64,000 nucleotides of DNA, taken from the NCBI GenBank assembly GCA_035759745.1, contig DASTUF010000077.1:4154-68153 (forward strand), written 5' to 3'. Under the pieces are notes generated by a model. That model ran no database searches, was not told the origin of the DNA, and saw only the letters and a program-made list of their open reading frames with translations. This document shows positions 19,090 to 28,839 of the stretch, piece after piece. The DNA comes from Gemmatimonadales bacterium. GTDB taxonomy: Bacteria; Gemmatimonadota; Gemmatimonadetes; Gemmatimonadales; GWC2-71-9. A program made the translations under genes and the position numbers. The stretch's first letter is position 1; every line of letters starts with the position of its first letter.

Positions 19090-20348
19090 GTCTTGTCGCG
19101 TCGGTCGCGCGCTTCGCCCGGTCCACCTCTGAAGGAGCCGCCTTCGCGTTCACGTCGCTCCGGTCCAACAAGCTTCGGTCCGCACTGACGATCCTCGGCG
19201 TCGTCATCGGCGTCACCACGGTGATGGCCATGGCGAGCATCGTGCAGGGGGTTCGCACCCAGATCTTCAACACCATCGAGGTGGCGGGCCCCACCACGTT
19301 CTACGCCATGCGGTTCTTCTCCCAGACTCCGATCGACCCGCAGAACCTGCCGTACGAAGTCCGTATCCGTCCGGTGCTGTCGCGCACCGACGCCGAGGCG
19401 GTCAGCCGGGTGGATGAGATCGAGTACGCCGGCCTGTGGATCCAGCTGTTCCAGCGAATGGAGTACCAGGGAACCCGCACCCAGCTGCTGACGTTCTTCG
19501 GGGCCGACAACCACTACATGGACGTGCAGGGCGGCACCCTGTTGCGGGGGCGGTTCTTCTCGCCGGCGGAACTGGCCGGCGATCCGGTGATTGTGCTGGA
19601 GGAGGAAGCGGCCTGGTTCCTCTTCGGGCGCATCGACCCGCTGGGGCGCACCGTGCGGCTCGGCGGCCAGCCGATGAAGGTGGTGGGACTCTACCAGAAG
19701 CCCGACAACATTTTCGAGCCGCCCAGCCAGGAGGTCGGCGGCGTCATTCCCTACGAGACCGCTCGCCGGCAGTACCAGTACGATGAGACCAACGCGCTCT
19801 GGCTCACGGTGAAGCCGAAGGCCGGCGTCACGGTCGAACTGGCGCAGGACGAGGCCACGGTGGCGCTCCGCCGGGCGCGCCAGCTCCGGCCCGGCCAGGA
19901 GAACAACTTCGACCTCCTGTCGCAGGAGAAGATCCTCGAGACCGTGAACGGGCTCACCTCCGTGTTCTTCCTGGTGATGGTGGCGCTCTCCGGGGTGGCG
20001 CTGCTGGTGGGCGGCATCGGGGTGATGGCCATCATGATGGTCTCGGTCACCGACCGGACCCGCGAGATCGGCGTCCGCATGGCGCTGGGCGCCACTCGGC
20101 GGGAGATTCTCTGGCAGTTCCTGGTCGAGGCCGCCACCCTGACATTGATGGGCGGGCTGCTCGGTGTCCTCGTGGGCCTGGGCGCCGGCGAGTTGCTCAA
20201 GGGACAGCTGGGACTCGAGTCGAGCGTGCCGCTCTGGAGCGCGGTCGTGGCGGTGAGCGTGAGCATCGGGATCGGGCTCACCTTCGGCATCCTCCCCGCC
20301 AATCGCGCCGCGCGCATGGACCCGGTCGAGGCGCTGCGGCACGAGTAG
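19086..20348 (+). CDS. ABC transporter permease 4 of 4, FtsX/MacB-type
   Basis: Start at ATG 19086 (ATGA overlap with the permease-3 stop), inside track ORF 18876..20348. MSLVASVARFARS...KLRSALTILGVVIGVTTVMAMASIVQG and DRTREIGVRMALGA. Confidence 0.85.
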   Translation: MSLVASVARFARSTSEGAAFAFTSLRSNKLRSALTILGVVIGVTTVMAMASIVQGVRTQIFNTIEVAGPTTFYAMRFFSQTPIDPQNLPYEVRIRPVLSRTDAEAVSRVDEIEYAGLWIQLFQRMEYQGTRTQLLTFFGADNHYMDVQGGTLLRGRFFSPAELAGDPVIVLEEEAAWFLFGRIDPLGRTVRLGGQPMKVVGLYQKPDNIFEPPSQEVGGVIPYETARRQYQYDETNALWLTVKPKAGVTVELAQDEATVALRRARQLRPGQENNFDLLSQEKILETVNGLTSVFFLVMVALSGVALLVGGIGVMAIMMVSVTDRTREIGVRMALGATRREILWQFLVEAATLTLMGGLLGVLVGLGAGELLKGQLGLESSVPLWSAVVAVSVSIGIGLTFGILPANRAARMDPVEALRHE

Positions 20349-20368
20349 GCGCGGCCCCTTACGTCATT

Positions 20369-20578
20369 GCGAAGCCGCCGAAGGACGCGAAGGAGTCGTC
20401 ATTAAACACGGAGCCACGGAGAACACGGAGAGCAAGAGCCTTTGTGTATGTGGGAGTGCCGCGAAGCTCCAGTCCCTCGGCATGGCATCCACAACAACAA
20501 GCAGTTCTCCGTGCATCTCCGTGGGCTCTGTGGCTCTGTGGTTATTTTTTTCCCTTCGCGTCCTTCGTCTCTTCGTGG
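20369..20578. repeat. Composite inverted repeat built from CGAAGGA-type and CACGGAG-type short tandem units
   Basis: Left arm: gcgaagccgccgaaggacgcgaaggag...cacggagccacggagaacacggag. Right arm, inverted order: ttctccgtgcatctccgtgggctctgtggctctgtgg...cccttcgcgtccttcgtctcttcgtgg. It lies between the permease-4 stop and the DUF4349 start. Confidence 0.8.
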
Positions 20579-20652
20579 TTACCCTGCGATGCCAGGATGT
20601 GCACGAAGCCGAGCGATGGGCATCTCCACCCGGACCTGAACCGGAGCGTCGA

Positions 20653-21546
20653 ATGCGCGTAGTGCTTGCAGGCCTGCTGGTGTTCGCCCTGGCATGCGAC
20701 GGCGCGCCGGAGCGTTCATCAGTCGGCAACGCCGGTGCAGATATGAGCCAGGGCATGGAGCCGGCGGCACCACCGCCACCGATGCCGGACGACATGGTGG
20801 AGAGCGGCAGCGCGCCGAAGGGATTCCAGACCGTGCGAGTGCCATCGCAGGCGTCACAGCCGGTCAGCGACTCGCTGCCGCCACAGATGCTGATTCGCAC
20901 CGGGGATGCCAGCGTCGAGGTGGATTCGCTCGAGGTCGGTGTCGCCGCGGTACAGGCGCTGGTCGCGCGGGTGGGCGGTCACGTGGGCAACACTGGATAC
21001 AGCGGCGGCCGGGGCCAGATACGCGAGGCGTCACTTCAGCTGCGGATCCCGGCCGAGCGGTTCGAGGAAGTCCAGGCCGGGCTGGGCGACATTGGTACGG
21101 TGGAATACTTCAACGTCTCGGTGCAGGACGTGGGCGAGGAGTACGTCGACATGTCCGCCCGGCTGGAGAATGGCCGGCGGCTGGAGCGCCGGCTGGTCGA
21201 GTTGCTGGCGACCCGCACCGGCAAGCTGGAGGATGTTCTCGCGGTGGAGCGTGAGCTGGCCAGGGTCCGCGAGGCAATCGAGACGGCAGAGGGCCGGCTC
21301 CGCTACCTGCGGAACCGGGTGGCGCTCAGCACCCTGACAGTGCGGCTGCATGAGCCGGCGCCCATCATCGGCGGCAGCGGCGGTGGGGGCATGCTGGTGG
21401 AGTCGTTCCGAAGCGCGTGGCGCAACTTCGTGCGGTTTGTGGCGGCGTTCATCGCCAGCGCCGGCGTCTGGATTCCGCTGGTGATCATCGGCGCGGGAGT
21501 CGTCTCGGGCGTCCGCTGGTGGCGGTCCCGGCATCGGAGTCAATAG
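20653..21546 (+). CDS. DUF4349-like secreted/membrane protein
   Basis: Starts MRVVLAGLLVFALAC (lipobox). Coiled region ...VDMSARLENGRRLERRLVELLATRTGKLEDVLAVERELARVREAIETAEGRLRYLRNRVALSTLTV and a C-terminal TM, the typical DUF4349 layout. The upstream part of track ORF 20482.. is translated repeat DNA. Confidence 0.7.
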   Translation: MRVVLAGLLVFALACDGAPERSSVGNAGADMSQGMEPAAPPPPMPDDMVESGSAPKGFQTVRVPSQASQPVSDSLPPQMLIRTGDASVEVDSLEVGVAAVQALVARVGGHVGNTGYSGGRGQIREASLQLRIPAERFEEVQAGLGDIGTVEYFNVSVQDVGEEYVDMSARLENGRRLERRLVELLATRTGKLEDVLAVERELARVREAIETAEGRLRYLRNRVALSTLTVRLHEPAPIIGGSGGGGMLVESFRSAWRNFVRFVAAFIASAGVWIPLVIIGAGVVSGVRWWRSRHRSQ

Positions 21547-21549
21547 CTT

Positions 21550-21599
21550 CACCACGAAGAAACGAAGGACACGAAGGGGTCCTTCGTTTCTTCGTGGTG
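21550..21599. repeat. Perfect 20-bp stem hairpin of CGAAGGA-family units
   Basis: caccacgaagaaacgaagga - cacgaagggg - tccttcgtttcttcgtggtg. It lies 3 nt after the DUF4349 stop and has no U-tract. Confidence 0.85.
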
Positions 21600-21628
21600 G
21601 GTCTCCCAACTCAGGAGTATGACCGAGA

Positions 21629-22345
21629 ATGACCGTTGACCTGCTGGCCATCGCCGCCCATCGCGACGATGTGGAACTCACCTGCGGGGGCACCCTGATC
21701 CGCGCGGTGGACCAGGGCTACTCCACCGGTATCCTCGACCTGACCCAGGGCGAGACCGGCACCCGCGGCAGCGCCGAGCTGCGCGCCGCGGAAGCGGCGA
21801 AGGCCGCCGCAGTGATGGGCGTGGCTGAGCGACGCAACGCCGAGCTCCCCGACGCCCATCTGGCCAACACCGACGCCATGCGGCGGGTGGTGGTCGAGCA
21901 CATCCGCTCCTTCGCACCCAGGGTGGTGATTCTGCCGTACGCGGTGGGTCGGCATCCCGACCATCGGATCGCGTCCGAGCTGGGCCGGGACGCCTGCTTC
22001 CTCGCCGGGCTGGCCCGCTACGACGCCGCCGGCGAGCCGCACCGGCCCCACAAAATCCTGTACGCCCTCGCCTATCGGGAGGATCCGGTAGCGCCCACCT
22101 TCGTAGTGGAAATTTCCGAGCAATTCGAGCGCAAGATGCAGGCGATCCGGTGCTACGCCAGCCAGTTTGACGGGGCCAAGGCGGCCGGCGAGATCTTCCC
22201 CACCGGCCAGGACCTGTACTCCCTGGTCGAGGCCCAGGGACGGCGCTACGGATCCCTCATCCGGCGAGCCTTCGGCGAGCCCTATTTCACCCCGGAGACC
22301 ATGCTGGTGGACGACGTCGTCGGACTCCAGGTCCAGAGTATGTAG
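21629..22345 (+). CDS. bshB1: LmbE/PIG-L family deacetylase, BshB1-like (bacillithiol biosynthesis)
   Basis: 238 aa. DLLAIAAHRDDVELTCGGTLIRAVDQGYSTGILDLTQGETGTRGSAELRAAEAAKAAAVMGV closely follows the BshB1 N-terminal pattern (AHPDDvE.gcGGt....G..vgi.DLT.GE.GTRG). Confidence 0.75.
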   Translation: MTVDLLAIAAHRDDVELTCGGTLIRAVDQGYSTGILDLTQGETGTRGSAELRAAEAAKAAAVMGVAERRNAELPDAHLANTDAMRRVVVEHIRSFAPRVVILPYAVGRHPDHRIASELGRDACFLAGLARYDAAGEPHRPHKILYALAYREDPVAPTFVVEISEQFERKMQAIRCYASQFDGAKAAGEIFPTGQDLYSLVEAQGRRYGSLIRRAFGEPYFTPETMLVDDVVGLQVQSM

Positions 22346-22362
22346 CGCTATATTCCGGGTCC

Positions 22363-23541
22363 ATGTCCACAGCCCACGTTTACCTCGATCACGCGGCCAC
22401 CACCCCGGTACGGCCCGAAGTGCTGGACGCGATGCTGCCCTACCTGGGCAGCCAGAGCTTCGGGAACCCCTCCAGCGCCCACCGTTTCGGCCGGGCGGCC
22501 CGGGCCGGGCTGGAACAGGCCCGCCGGGAAGTCGCCGCGGCGCTCGGCGCCGAGCCCAACCAGATCATCTTCACCTCCGGTGGCACCGAGGCCGACAACC
22601 TGGCGGTGGTCGGCTCGGCGCTTGCGGCCCGGGACCGGGGCCAGCCGATGGTGGCGTGCGTTTCCGCCATCGAGCACAAGGCGGTGCTGGCAGCGGCGCA
22701 CCACGTGGTGCACCTCGGCGGCAAGGAAGTGATCCTCCCGGTGGGCAGCGACGGCGTGCTGGACCTCGACGCGCTCGACCGGGCGCTGGCGGGGCACCCA
22801 GCGGTAGTATCGGTGATGTGGGTGAACAACGAGGTCGGCGTGGTGCAGCCGGTCAAGGCCATCGCCGACCGATGTTGCGACGCCGGCACCGCCTTTCACA
22901 CCGACGCGGTCCAGGCCTTCGGCAAGGAGCCGGTCTCCGTCGCCGACTTCGAGTGCACCTTCCTGACCATCTCCGGCCACAAGATCGGCGCGCCCAAGGG
23001 CATCGGCGCGCTGGTGGTGCGCGACCGCAAGGCGGTGGAAGCCATCATCCATGGCGGTGGCCAGCAATTCGGCATCCGGCCGGGCACCGAGAACGTCGCG
23101 GGCGCAGTGGCGCTGGGTCGGGCGGCGCAGCTGGCGGTGGCGGAACGTGAGGCCGAGCGTGGCCGGCTCACCCAACTGCGCGACGACCTGATCGCCCGGC
23201 TCCGGGCGGCGGTGCCCGACATCCGCGTCTCGGTGGAGTCGTCGGCACGGGCGGTCAACATAGTGAGCATATCGGTGCCCGGTGCCGAGAGCGAAGCGAT
23301 GCTGATGCATCTGGATCTGGCCGGCGTTGCGGTGTCGGGCGGGTCCGCCTGCTCCACCGGGGCAGTCGAGCCGTCGCATGTGCTCATGGCGATGGGGGTG
23401 CCCCGCGAACTTGCGCTCGGCACGCTCCGCTTCAGCCTGGGGCACGACTCCAGCGAGGCGGACATCGAGCGCGCCGCAGAAGTCTTTCCCGGTGTGGTCG
23501 CCAAGGTGCGCAAGCTGTCGGAGGTGCTGGGCCGTGCGTGA
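22363..23541 (+). CDS. Cysteine desulfurase (IscS/NifS class V aminotransferase)
   Basis: 392 aa. [35 protein letters not shown] (PLP lysine), SGGSACSTG (active-site Cys loop). Confidence 0.9.
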   Translation: MSTAHVYLDHAATTPVRPEVLDAMLPYLGSQSFGNPSSAHRFGRAARAGLEQARREVAAALGAEPNQIIFTSGGTEADNLAVVGSALAARDRGQPMVACVSAIEHKAVLAAAHHVVHLGGKEVILPVGSDGVLDLDALDRALAGHPAVVSVMWVNNEVGVVQPVKAIADRCCDAGTAFHTDAVQAFGKEPVSVADFECTFLTISGHKIGAPKGIGALVVRDRKAVEAIIHGGGQQFGIRPGTENVAGAVALGRAAQLAVAEREAERGRLTQLRDDLIARLRAAVPDIRVSVESSARAVNIVSISVPGAESEAMLMHLDLAGVAVSGGSACSTGAVEPSHVLMAMGVPRELALGTLRFSLGHDSSEADIERAAEVFPGVVAKVRKLSEVLGRA

Positions 23542-24607
23542 GAAGGTGCTGGTGGCGATGAGTGGCGGCGTGGACAGCTCGGTGGCCGCGGCGCGCCTGG
23601 TGGAACAGGGCTACGAGGTGGTGGGTGCCACCATGAAGCTCTTCTGCCATGGCGGCGACGTGCCCGACCGGCCCTGCTGCTCGCTCGACTCGATCAACGA
23701 TGCCCGCGATGTGGCCAGCAAGCTCGGCATTCCGCACTATGTGCTGAACCTGGAAGACCGCTTCTCCCTCCACGTCATCCAGAACTTCGTGAGTGAGTAT
23801 TCCCGGGGGCGCACACCCATCCCCTGCGTGCGCTGCAATTCGTTCACCAAGTTCCGCGACCTGCTGGCGCACGCCGACGCGCTGGGCTGCGATCACATAG
23901 CGACCGGTCACTATGCGATCGCGCGCGACGGCGCGCTGTATCGGGGCCGCGACCGGGCCAAGGACCAGGCCTACTTCCTGTGGGGCATTGACCGCGCGGT
24001 GGTGGCGCGGATGCTGACCCCGGTGGGCGAACTCTCCAAGGCGGAGACTCGCGCCCTCGCCCGCCAGCTGGGGCTCGCCACCGCGGACAAGCCCGAGTCG
24101 GTCGAGATCTGCTTCGTGCCCGACGACGACTACGCCGGCGTGCTCGAGCGCCACCTGCCCGCCGATGCCCCGGCGCTCGCGCCAGGGCCGCTGGTCACGG
24201 TCGGCGGCGACGTCGTGGGTGAGCATGATGGCTTTGCCCGCTACACCATCGGCCAGCGGCGCGGGCTGCCGGGGGGCGCCAGTTCGGCGCGTTATGTGGT
24301 GGAGATTCGGCCCCACACCCGGGAAGTCGTGATCGGCGACGCCGAGGACCTCGAGGGCTGGAGCATCGGCCTCGAGGAGGTCAACTGGCTGGCGCAACCG
24401 CTGGCGGAAGGCGACCGCTGCCAGGTCCAGGCTCGGCACCGGGCCCGCGCCGTGCCGGCCGTTGTCGTCGAGTCGGGGACACATGGGCTGCGGCTCAAGC
24501 TCGACGAGCCGGTCCGGGCGGTGACGCCGGGGCAGTCGGGCGTGCTGTTTGCTGCGGACGACCAGGTGCTGGGTGGTGGTGTGATCTTCAAGGAGGGCCA
24601 ACCATGA
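23534..24607 (+). CDS. mnmA: tRNA 2-thiouridine(34) synthase MnmA
   Basis: [17 protein letters not shown]-loop, [30 protein letters not shown] at 23534 overlaps the desulfurase stop. The track ORF begins further upstream, inside the desulfurase gene. Confidence 0.9.
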   Translation: MREKVLVAMSGGVDSSVAAARLVEQGYEVVGATMKLFCHGGDVPDRPCCSLDSINDARDVASKLGIPHYVLNLEDRFSLHVIQNFVSEYSRGRTPIPCVRCNSFTKFRDLLAHADALGCDHIATGHYAIARDGALYRGRDRAKDQAYFLWGIDRAVVARMLTPVGELSKAETRALARQLGLATADKPESVEICFVPDDDYAGVLERHLPADAPALAPGPLVTVGGDVVGEHDGFARYTIGQRRGLPGGASSARYVVEIRPHTREVVIGDAEDLEGWSIGLEEVNWLAQPLAEGDRCQVQARHRARAVPAVVVESGTHGLRLKLDEPVRAVTPGQSGVLFAADDQVLGGGVIFKEGQP

Positions 24608-24972
24608 CCTTTCTGGTACGCCTGCTGGTCAACACCGCAGCGCTGTTCGTCGCGGCCTGGCTCGTCCCCGGCATCCGGCATGACGGCAGCCTGCTCAACC
24701 TGCTGATCGTCGCCTTGCTCTTCGGGCTGGTGAACAGCCTGCTGCGGCCCCTCCTCACGCTGCTGACCTGCCCGCTGATCCTGCTGACGCTGGGACTGTT
24801 CTCGTTGGTAATCAACGCGCTGATGCTGATGGTCACCGGATGGCTGAGCGGCCAGCTGGGGCTGGGCTTTCACGTGGATGGCTTCTGGGCGGCCTTCGTC
24901 GGCGGGCTGATAGTCGGGCTGGTGAGCGTGGCGCTCTCCCTCGTCGTGCACGACGAGGGGAAGCACGACTAG
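24604..24972 (+). CDS. Small 4-TM membrane protein, phage-holin-4_2/YvlD-like
   Basis: 122 aa. [18 protein letters not shown]...[52 protein letters not shown] overlap with the mnmA stop. Confidence 0.6.
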   Translation: MTFLVRLLVNTAALFVAAWLVPGIRHDGSLLNLLIVALLFGLVNSLLRPLLTLLTCPLILLTLGLFSLVINALMLMVTGWLSGQLGLGFHVDGFWAAFVGGLIVGLVSVALSLVVHDEGKHD

Positions 24973-26051
24973 TGCGGCAGGCCCGCCTTCTCGGCGAACT
25001 CCTTTAGTGCTGCTTCCGATGCGCTGGAAAGTTTCTCCGGCAGCGTCACGCTGACTTCCACCAGCTGGTCTCCCCGCCGTCCGTTCTTCTCGATCCCCTG
25101 CCCCTTGATGCGGAACTTCCGTCCCGGCTGGGTGCCGGGCGGCACTCTCAGCAACACCTGCTTCCCTTCCAGCGTCCGGACCTTGAGCCGGGTGCCGAGA
25201 ATCGCCTGGACCATGTTCAGCGGAACTTCGCAGTGGACATCCAGGCCGTCGCGCCGGAAGAACCGATCCGCCTGAACCTGAAAGGTGATGATGAGGTCGC
25301 CCGCCGGCGTGCCGCTCGCACCGGACTGGCCCTGGCCCTTCAGCCGCACCCGGTCGCCCGGCTCGGTGGCAGCGGGCACGGTGATCAGCACCCGGCGTTC
25401 GGTGCGCACCTGTCCCGCGCCTCGACAGGTGGGGCACGGTACCGACGGCACCTTGCCCCGGCCGCGGCAGCGGGGGCAGGGCCGGTTGACGGTAAACGTC
25501 CCCTGCCCAAACGCGATGGTGCCCCTGCCCTTGCACTCGGGACAGGTGTCGAGCGTGGCGCCGGGTGCGGCACCGCTGCCCTTGCAGGTGACGCACGGCT
25601 CGGTGACGGGGAGCGTGACCGGCACCTTCCCGCCCAGCGCCGCTACCCGAAACGGCACCTCGACCACCGCCTCGAGGGTCTCACCCCGGACGTCCTCTCG
25701 GCGACCCTTGCCGAAAATGGACGAGAAGATGTCGCCCAGCCCGAAGTTGCCGAGATCGCCGAACTCGACTTCGTCCTGCTGATACGATCCCCTGCCACCC
25801 GCCGAGGGACGGCGCGCCGCCGCGTCGAATGCGCCCAGCCGACGCATCTGGTCGTACTGCTTCCGCTTGGACCCATCGGACAGGGTGGCGTGCGCTTCGG
25901 AGATCTCCTTGAACCGCTCCGCCGCCTGGGCGTTGTCGGGGTTGGCGTCGGGATGGTACTGCTTGGCCAGCTTCCGGTACGCCTTCTTGATGTCGGCGGC
26001 GTTGGCGGAGTCGGGGACGCCGAGGACCTGGTAGAAGTCCTTCGCGGCCAC
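24969..26051 (-). CDS. dnaJ: Molecular chaperone DnaJ
   Basis: 360 aa. J domain DFYQVLGVP...YRKLAKQYHPDAN, four CxxCxGxG zinc-finger repeats (CVTCKGSG, CPECKGRG, CPRCRGRG, CPTCRGAG). Confidence 0.92.
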   Translation of the reverse strand: MAAKDFYQVLGVPDSANAADIKKAYRKLAKQYHPDANPDNAQAAERFKEISEAHATLSDGSKRKQYDQMRRLGAFDAAARRPSAGGRGSYQQDEVEFGDLGNFGLGDIFSSIFGKGRREDVRGETLEAVVEVPFRVAALGGKVPVTLPVTEPCVTCKGSGAAPGATLDTCPECKGRGTIAFGQGTFTVNRPCPRCRGRGKVPSVPCPTCRGAGQVRTERRVLITVPAATEPGDRVRLKGQGQSGASGTPAGDLIITFQVQADRFFRRDGLDVHCEVPLNMVQAILGTRLKVRTLEGKQVLLRVPPGTQPGRKFRIKGQGIEKNGRRGDQLVEVSVTLPEKLSSASEAALKEFAEKAGLPH

Positions 26052-26052
26052 G

Positions 26053-26592
26053 CTACGCCTGGCCCTGGTCCGCGAACACCTGCACCCGCGCGGGCCGCAC
26101 CAGCGTACCCTTGAACCGGTAGCCCGGCTGGAAGGTTGCGCTCACCTCATGGTCCCGGCTGGCGTCGGGTGCGGGGAGGGTGGAAACCGCCTCGTGCTCT
26201 TCCGGATTGAAGGGCTGGCCGGCGGGGTCGATCCGTTCGACGCCGGCGGATTCCAGCTCCTTCCGGAACTTCCGGTCGATCAGCGTAACGGCCTCCCGCA
26301 GCGACTCGGCCGATGTGGCGGTCTCGCCCTCGGCCAGCCGGTCGAGGTCGTCCAGCACGTCCAGCAGCCGGCTGATGAAGGCGGCCTGGGCGCGGTCGCT
26401 CAGCTCCAGCCGCTCACGGCTCACCCGCTTGCGGAAGTTGTCGAACTCGGCGGCCAGCCGGAGGTGGCGGTCGCGAACCTCGTCCAGCTCGCGTTCAAGG
26501 CGCTGCACGGCCTGGTCGGCCGGCTCCATGGGCAGGGAGGCGGGCGCCGCTTCGGCCGGGTCGGGCATGTCGTTCAGAAAGTCGTCCTGCAC
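26053..26592 (-). CDS. grpE: Nucleotide exchange factor GrpE
   Basis: 179 aa. RLAAEFDNFRKRVSRE and a C-terminal beta domain ..FQPGYRFKGTLVRPARVQV. Confidence 0.9.
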   Translation of the reverse strand: MQDDFLNDMPDPAEAAPASLPMEPADQAVQRLERELDEVRDRHLRLAAEFDNFRKRVSRERLELSDRAQAAFISRLLDVLDDLDRLAEGETATSAESLREAVTLIDRKFRKELESAGVERIDPAGQPFNPEEHEAVSTLPAPDASRDHEVSATFQPGYRFKGTLVRPARVQVFADQGQA

Positions 26593-26712
26593 GGCTCACT
26601 CGGGGTTCGGAATGGCCGGAATTTAGCAGGGTTCGGGGGATTGGGGGACGGCTCGGCGGCTGCGCTTTCCCTGTCGCCGAGCCGATCATGTGGGTATGGC
26701 CGCTTCGCTCTA

Positions 26713-27963
26713 CTACTCCCGTAGCCGCTCCCACAGCAGGAACAGCGCCCGCTGGGCCGCCCGTGCCCGCACCTCGTAGCGCGAACCCATGAATACGTTC
26801 GTCGACGCCCGCACTTCTCCTGCCATCGCCGTGGCGAACCAGACGGTGCCCACCGGCTTGTCGGGCGTGGCGCCGCCGGGGCCGGCGATGCCGGTCACCG
26901 CAACCGACAAATCGCCACCCAGGGTAGCGAGCGCACCCACTGCCATGGCCCGCACCACCGGTTCGCTCACGGCGCCATGCTCCACGATCATCTCGGCCGG
27001 GACATCGAGCAGGGCAGTCTTGGATTCGTAGGAGTAGCACACCACGCCGCCCTCGAACACGTCGGAGCTGCCCGGTATCTCGGTGAGCCGCGCGCCGACC
27101 AGCCCTCCGGTGCAGGACTCGGCGACAGCCAGTCGGACGCCTCGTTCGCGGGCCCGCGCCAGCACCAGCGCCGCGAGATCGTCCTCGCCCTCTCCGTAAA
27201 TGGCGTCGGCGGCATGGCTCCGGACCCGGGCCGCGCCCCACTCGAGCAATTGGTCCACCTCACTCGGCACCGCGTCCCATGCCGTGATCCGAAGGTCGAC
27301 CCCCGACACGTTGGGCAGGTAGGCAAGGGTGAGCGGACCGATTGCGCGGTCCACGTCACCCAACCGCTCCGCGACCAGGCTCTCGGAGACGCCAGTGGTG
27401 CGCAGGGTGCGTGAGCGAATTATCCGGCCGCTGGATCGGGACCCGAGCCGGGGCAGCACCTCGGCCTGGAGCAGGTTCTTCATCTCTACCGGAACGCCGG
27501 GCAGCATGATCACCAGCCCGCTGGTGCCGTCCTGCAGTTGTCCCTCGAGCCAGATACCTGGGGCGGAGCCCCACTGGTTGGGCAGGACCGTGGCGCCCTC
27601 GGGGATCTCGGCCTGGGTGCGGTTGCTCTCGACCGGCGTCCTGCCGACCCGCCGGTAGCGCTCCAGCAGGCGCTGCCAGAGGTCCTCCTGGAACATGATC
27701 GGCCGGCCGAAGAGCTCGGCGATCGCGCCCTTGGTCATGTCGTCGCGGGTGGGGCCGAGCCCGCCAGTGGTGATGACCGCCCCGGTGCGATGGATCGCCT
27801 CGGACACGGCGTCGCGAATGGCTTCGGGGGTGTCGGGGATCGAGGTGCGGCGGGGAATGCGCAGCCCGGCCGCGGCCAGCTGCTGGCCCAGCTCGGCTGC
27901 GTTGGTATCCACCGTAAAGCCGAGTAGCAGCTCCGTGCCGATGGTAACGAGCTCAATCTTCAT
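26713..27963 (-). CDS. cinA: CinA family protein (MoCF-binding domain + nicotinamide-nucleotide amidohydrolase PncC)
   Basis: MKIELVTIGTELLLGFTVDTNAAELGQQLAAAGL..., C-terminal AVAESCTGG...TGIAGPGG. ATG at 27963 chosen inside track ORF ..28023. Confidence 0.88.
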   Translation of the reverse strand: MKIELVTIGTELLLGFTVDTNAAELGQQLAAAGLRIPRRTSIPDTPEAIRDAVSEAIHRTGAVITTGGLGPTRDDMTKGAIAELFGRPIMFQEDLWQRLLERYRRVGRTPVESNRTQAEIPEGATVLPNQWGSAPGIWLEGQLQDGTSGLVIMLPGVPVEMKNLLQAEVLPRLGSRSSGRIIRSRTLRTTGVSESLVAERLGDVDRAIGPLTLAYLPNVSGVDLRITAWDAVPSEVDQLLEWGAARVRSHAADAIYGEGEDDLAALVLARARERGVRLAVAESCTGGLVGARLTEIPGSSDVFEGGVVCYSYESKTALLDVPAEMIVEHGAVSEPVVRAMAVGALATLGGDLSVAVTGIAGPGGATPDKPVGTVWFATAMAGEVRASTNVFMGSRYEVRARAAQRALFLLWERLRE

Positions 27964-28002
27964 GGGATGGGCTGGGAATGATCCACGGACCAGGGAGGTT
28001 TG

Positions 28003-28065
28003 CCACGAAGAGACGAAGGACACGAAAGGACCGAGTGAACCACGGAGCCACGGAGCACACGGAGA
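28003..28065. repeat. Composite CGAAGGA/CACGGAG short tandem repeat block (direct only, no inverted partner)
   Basis: ccacgaagagacgaaggacacgaaaggaccgagtgaaccacggagccacggagcacacggag. It has the same unit order as the left arm at 20369 and shares gacgaaggacacgaa with 21560. Confidence 0.8.
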
Positions 28066-28098
28066 AAAGCCGGTGATGAAATCACACTCGAACCAGGC

Positions 28099-28809
28099 CT
28101 AGCGCAGCCGCTCGCTGATGAGCCGCCGGTAGCGGTACATGTACACCGCGAAGGAGTAGATGGTCAGGATCGCGGCGATGAAGAGCACGACGGTCACGAA
28201 GGTCCCGTGGAAGGTATTCCAGAAGTCGGCGAGGCGGCTCTTCTCCCAGCCCAGCGGCCGGCGGGCATCGCGGAAGGCGAACCAGAGCATGATGGCGCCG
28301 ATGAAGATGTTCTGGAACACGGCCTTGAGCTTGCCCTCGTTGCCGGCGGCGATCACCACGCCCTTGCGCTGGGCGTACCAGCGGAAGCCGGTCATGGCCA
28401 GCTCCCGGCCGATGAGCAGAAGGCAGACCCAGAGCGGGATGCTGCCCCATACAGGGATGTCGTAGAGATCGTGCCTGGTGCGCGAAATCCAGTAGATCGG
28501 GATCAGCGTCGCGAAAAGCAGCAGCTTGTCGGCGATGGGGTCGAGCAGCTTGCCGAGGTCCGACACCAGGCCCCGGCTCCGGGCGAGGTAGCCGTCGAAC
28601 ACATCGCTTATCGCGGCGATGATGAACACCACGAAGCAGACCAGCTTGGGCCAGTAGCCATCGATGAACGGCAGCAGCGCGATGACCGGGGTAAAGCAGA
28701 TCCGGACGACGGTGATGATGTTGGGGAGGGTCCAGACAGTCCGCGGCTGCGCCCGGCGCTCGAGGATGACGTCGGGCGATGGATCAGCTGGCTGGTCGGG
28801 CTGGTTCAT
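28099..28809 (-). CDS. pgsA: CDP-diacylglycerol--glycerol-3-phosphate 3-phosphatidyltransferase (CDP-alcohol phosphatidyltransferase family)
   Basis: 236 aa. LPNIITVVRI..., DVFDGYLARSRGLVSDLGKLLDPIADK (DGx2ARx8Gx3Dx3D motif). Longer C-terminus than typical PgsA. Confidence 0.82.
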   Translation of the reverse strand: MNQPDQPADPSPDVILERRAQPRTVWTLPNIITVVRICFTPVIALLPFIDGYWPKLVCFVVFIIAAISDVFDGYLARSRGLVSDLGKLLDPIADKLLLFATLIPIYWISRTRHDLYDIPVWGSIPLWVCLLLIGRELAMTGFRWYAQRKGVVIAAGNEGKLKAVFQNIFIGAIMLWFAFRDARRPLGWEKSRLADFWNTFHGTFVTVVLFIAAILTIYSFAVYMYRYRRLISERLR

Positions 28810-28839
28810 GTGAACACCACTGGCGTATGAAGCACAGTC

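Noticed and set aside
24969-26592. grpE-dnaJ without dnaK, considered as an anomaly.
   Set aside because: dnaK is encoded separately from grpE/dnaJ in many bacteria, and both genes look intact. This is not informative on its own.
26593-26712. Possible CIRCE (HrcA) operator upstream of grpE, prompted by TTAGCAGGG / CTGCTAA.
   Set aside because: Only one degenerate half-site is present. No TTAGCACTC-N9-GAGTGCTAA inverted pair can be aligned.
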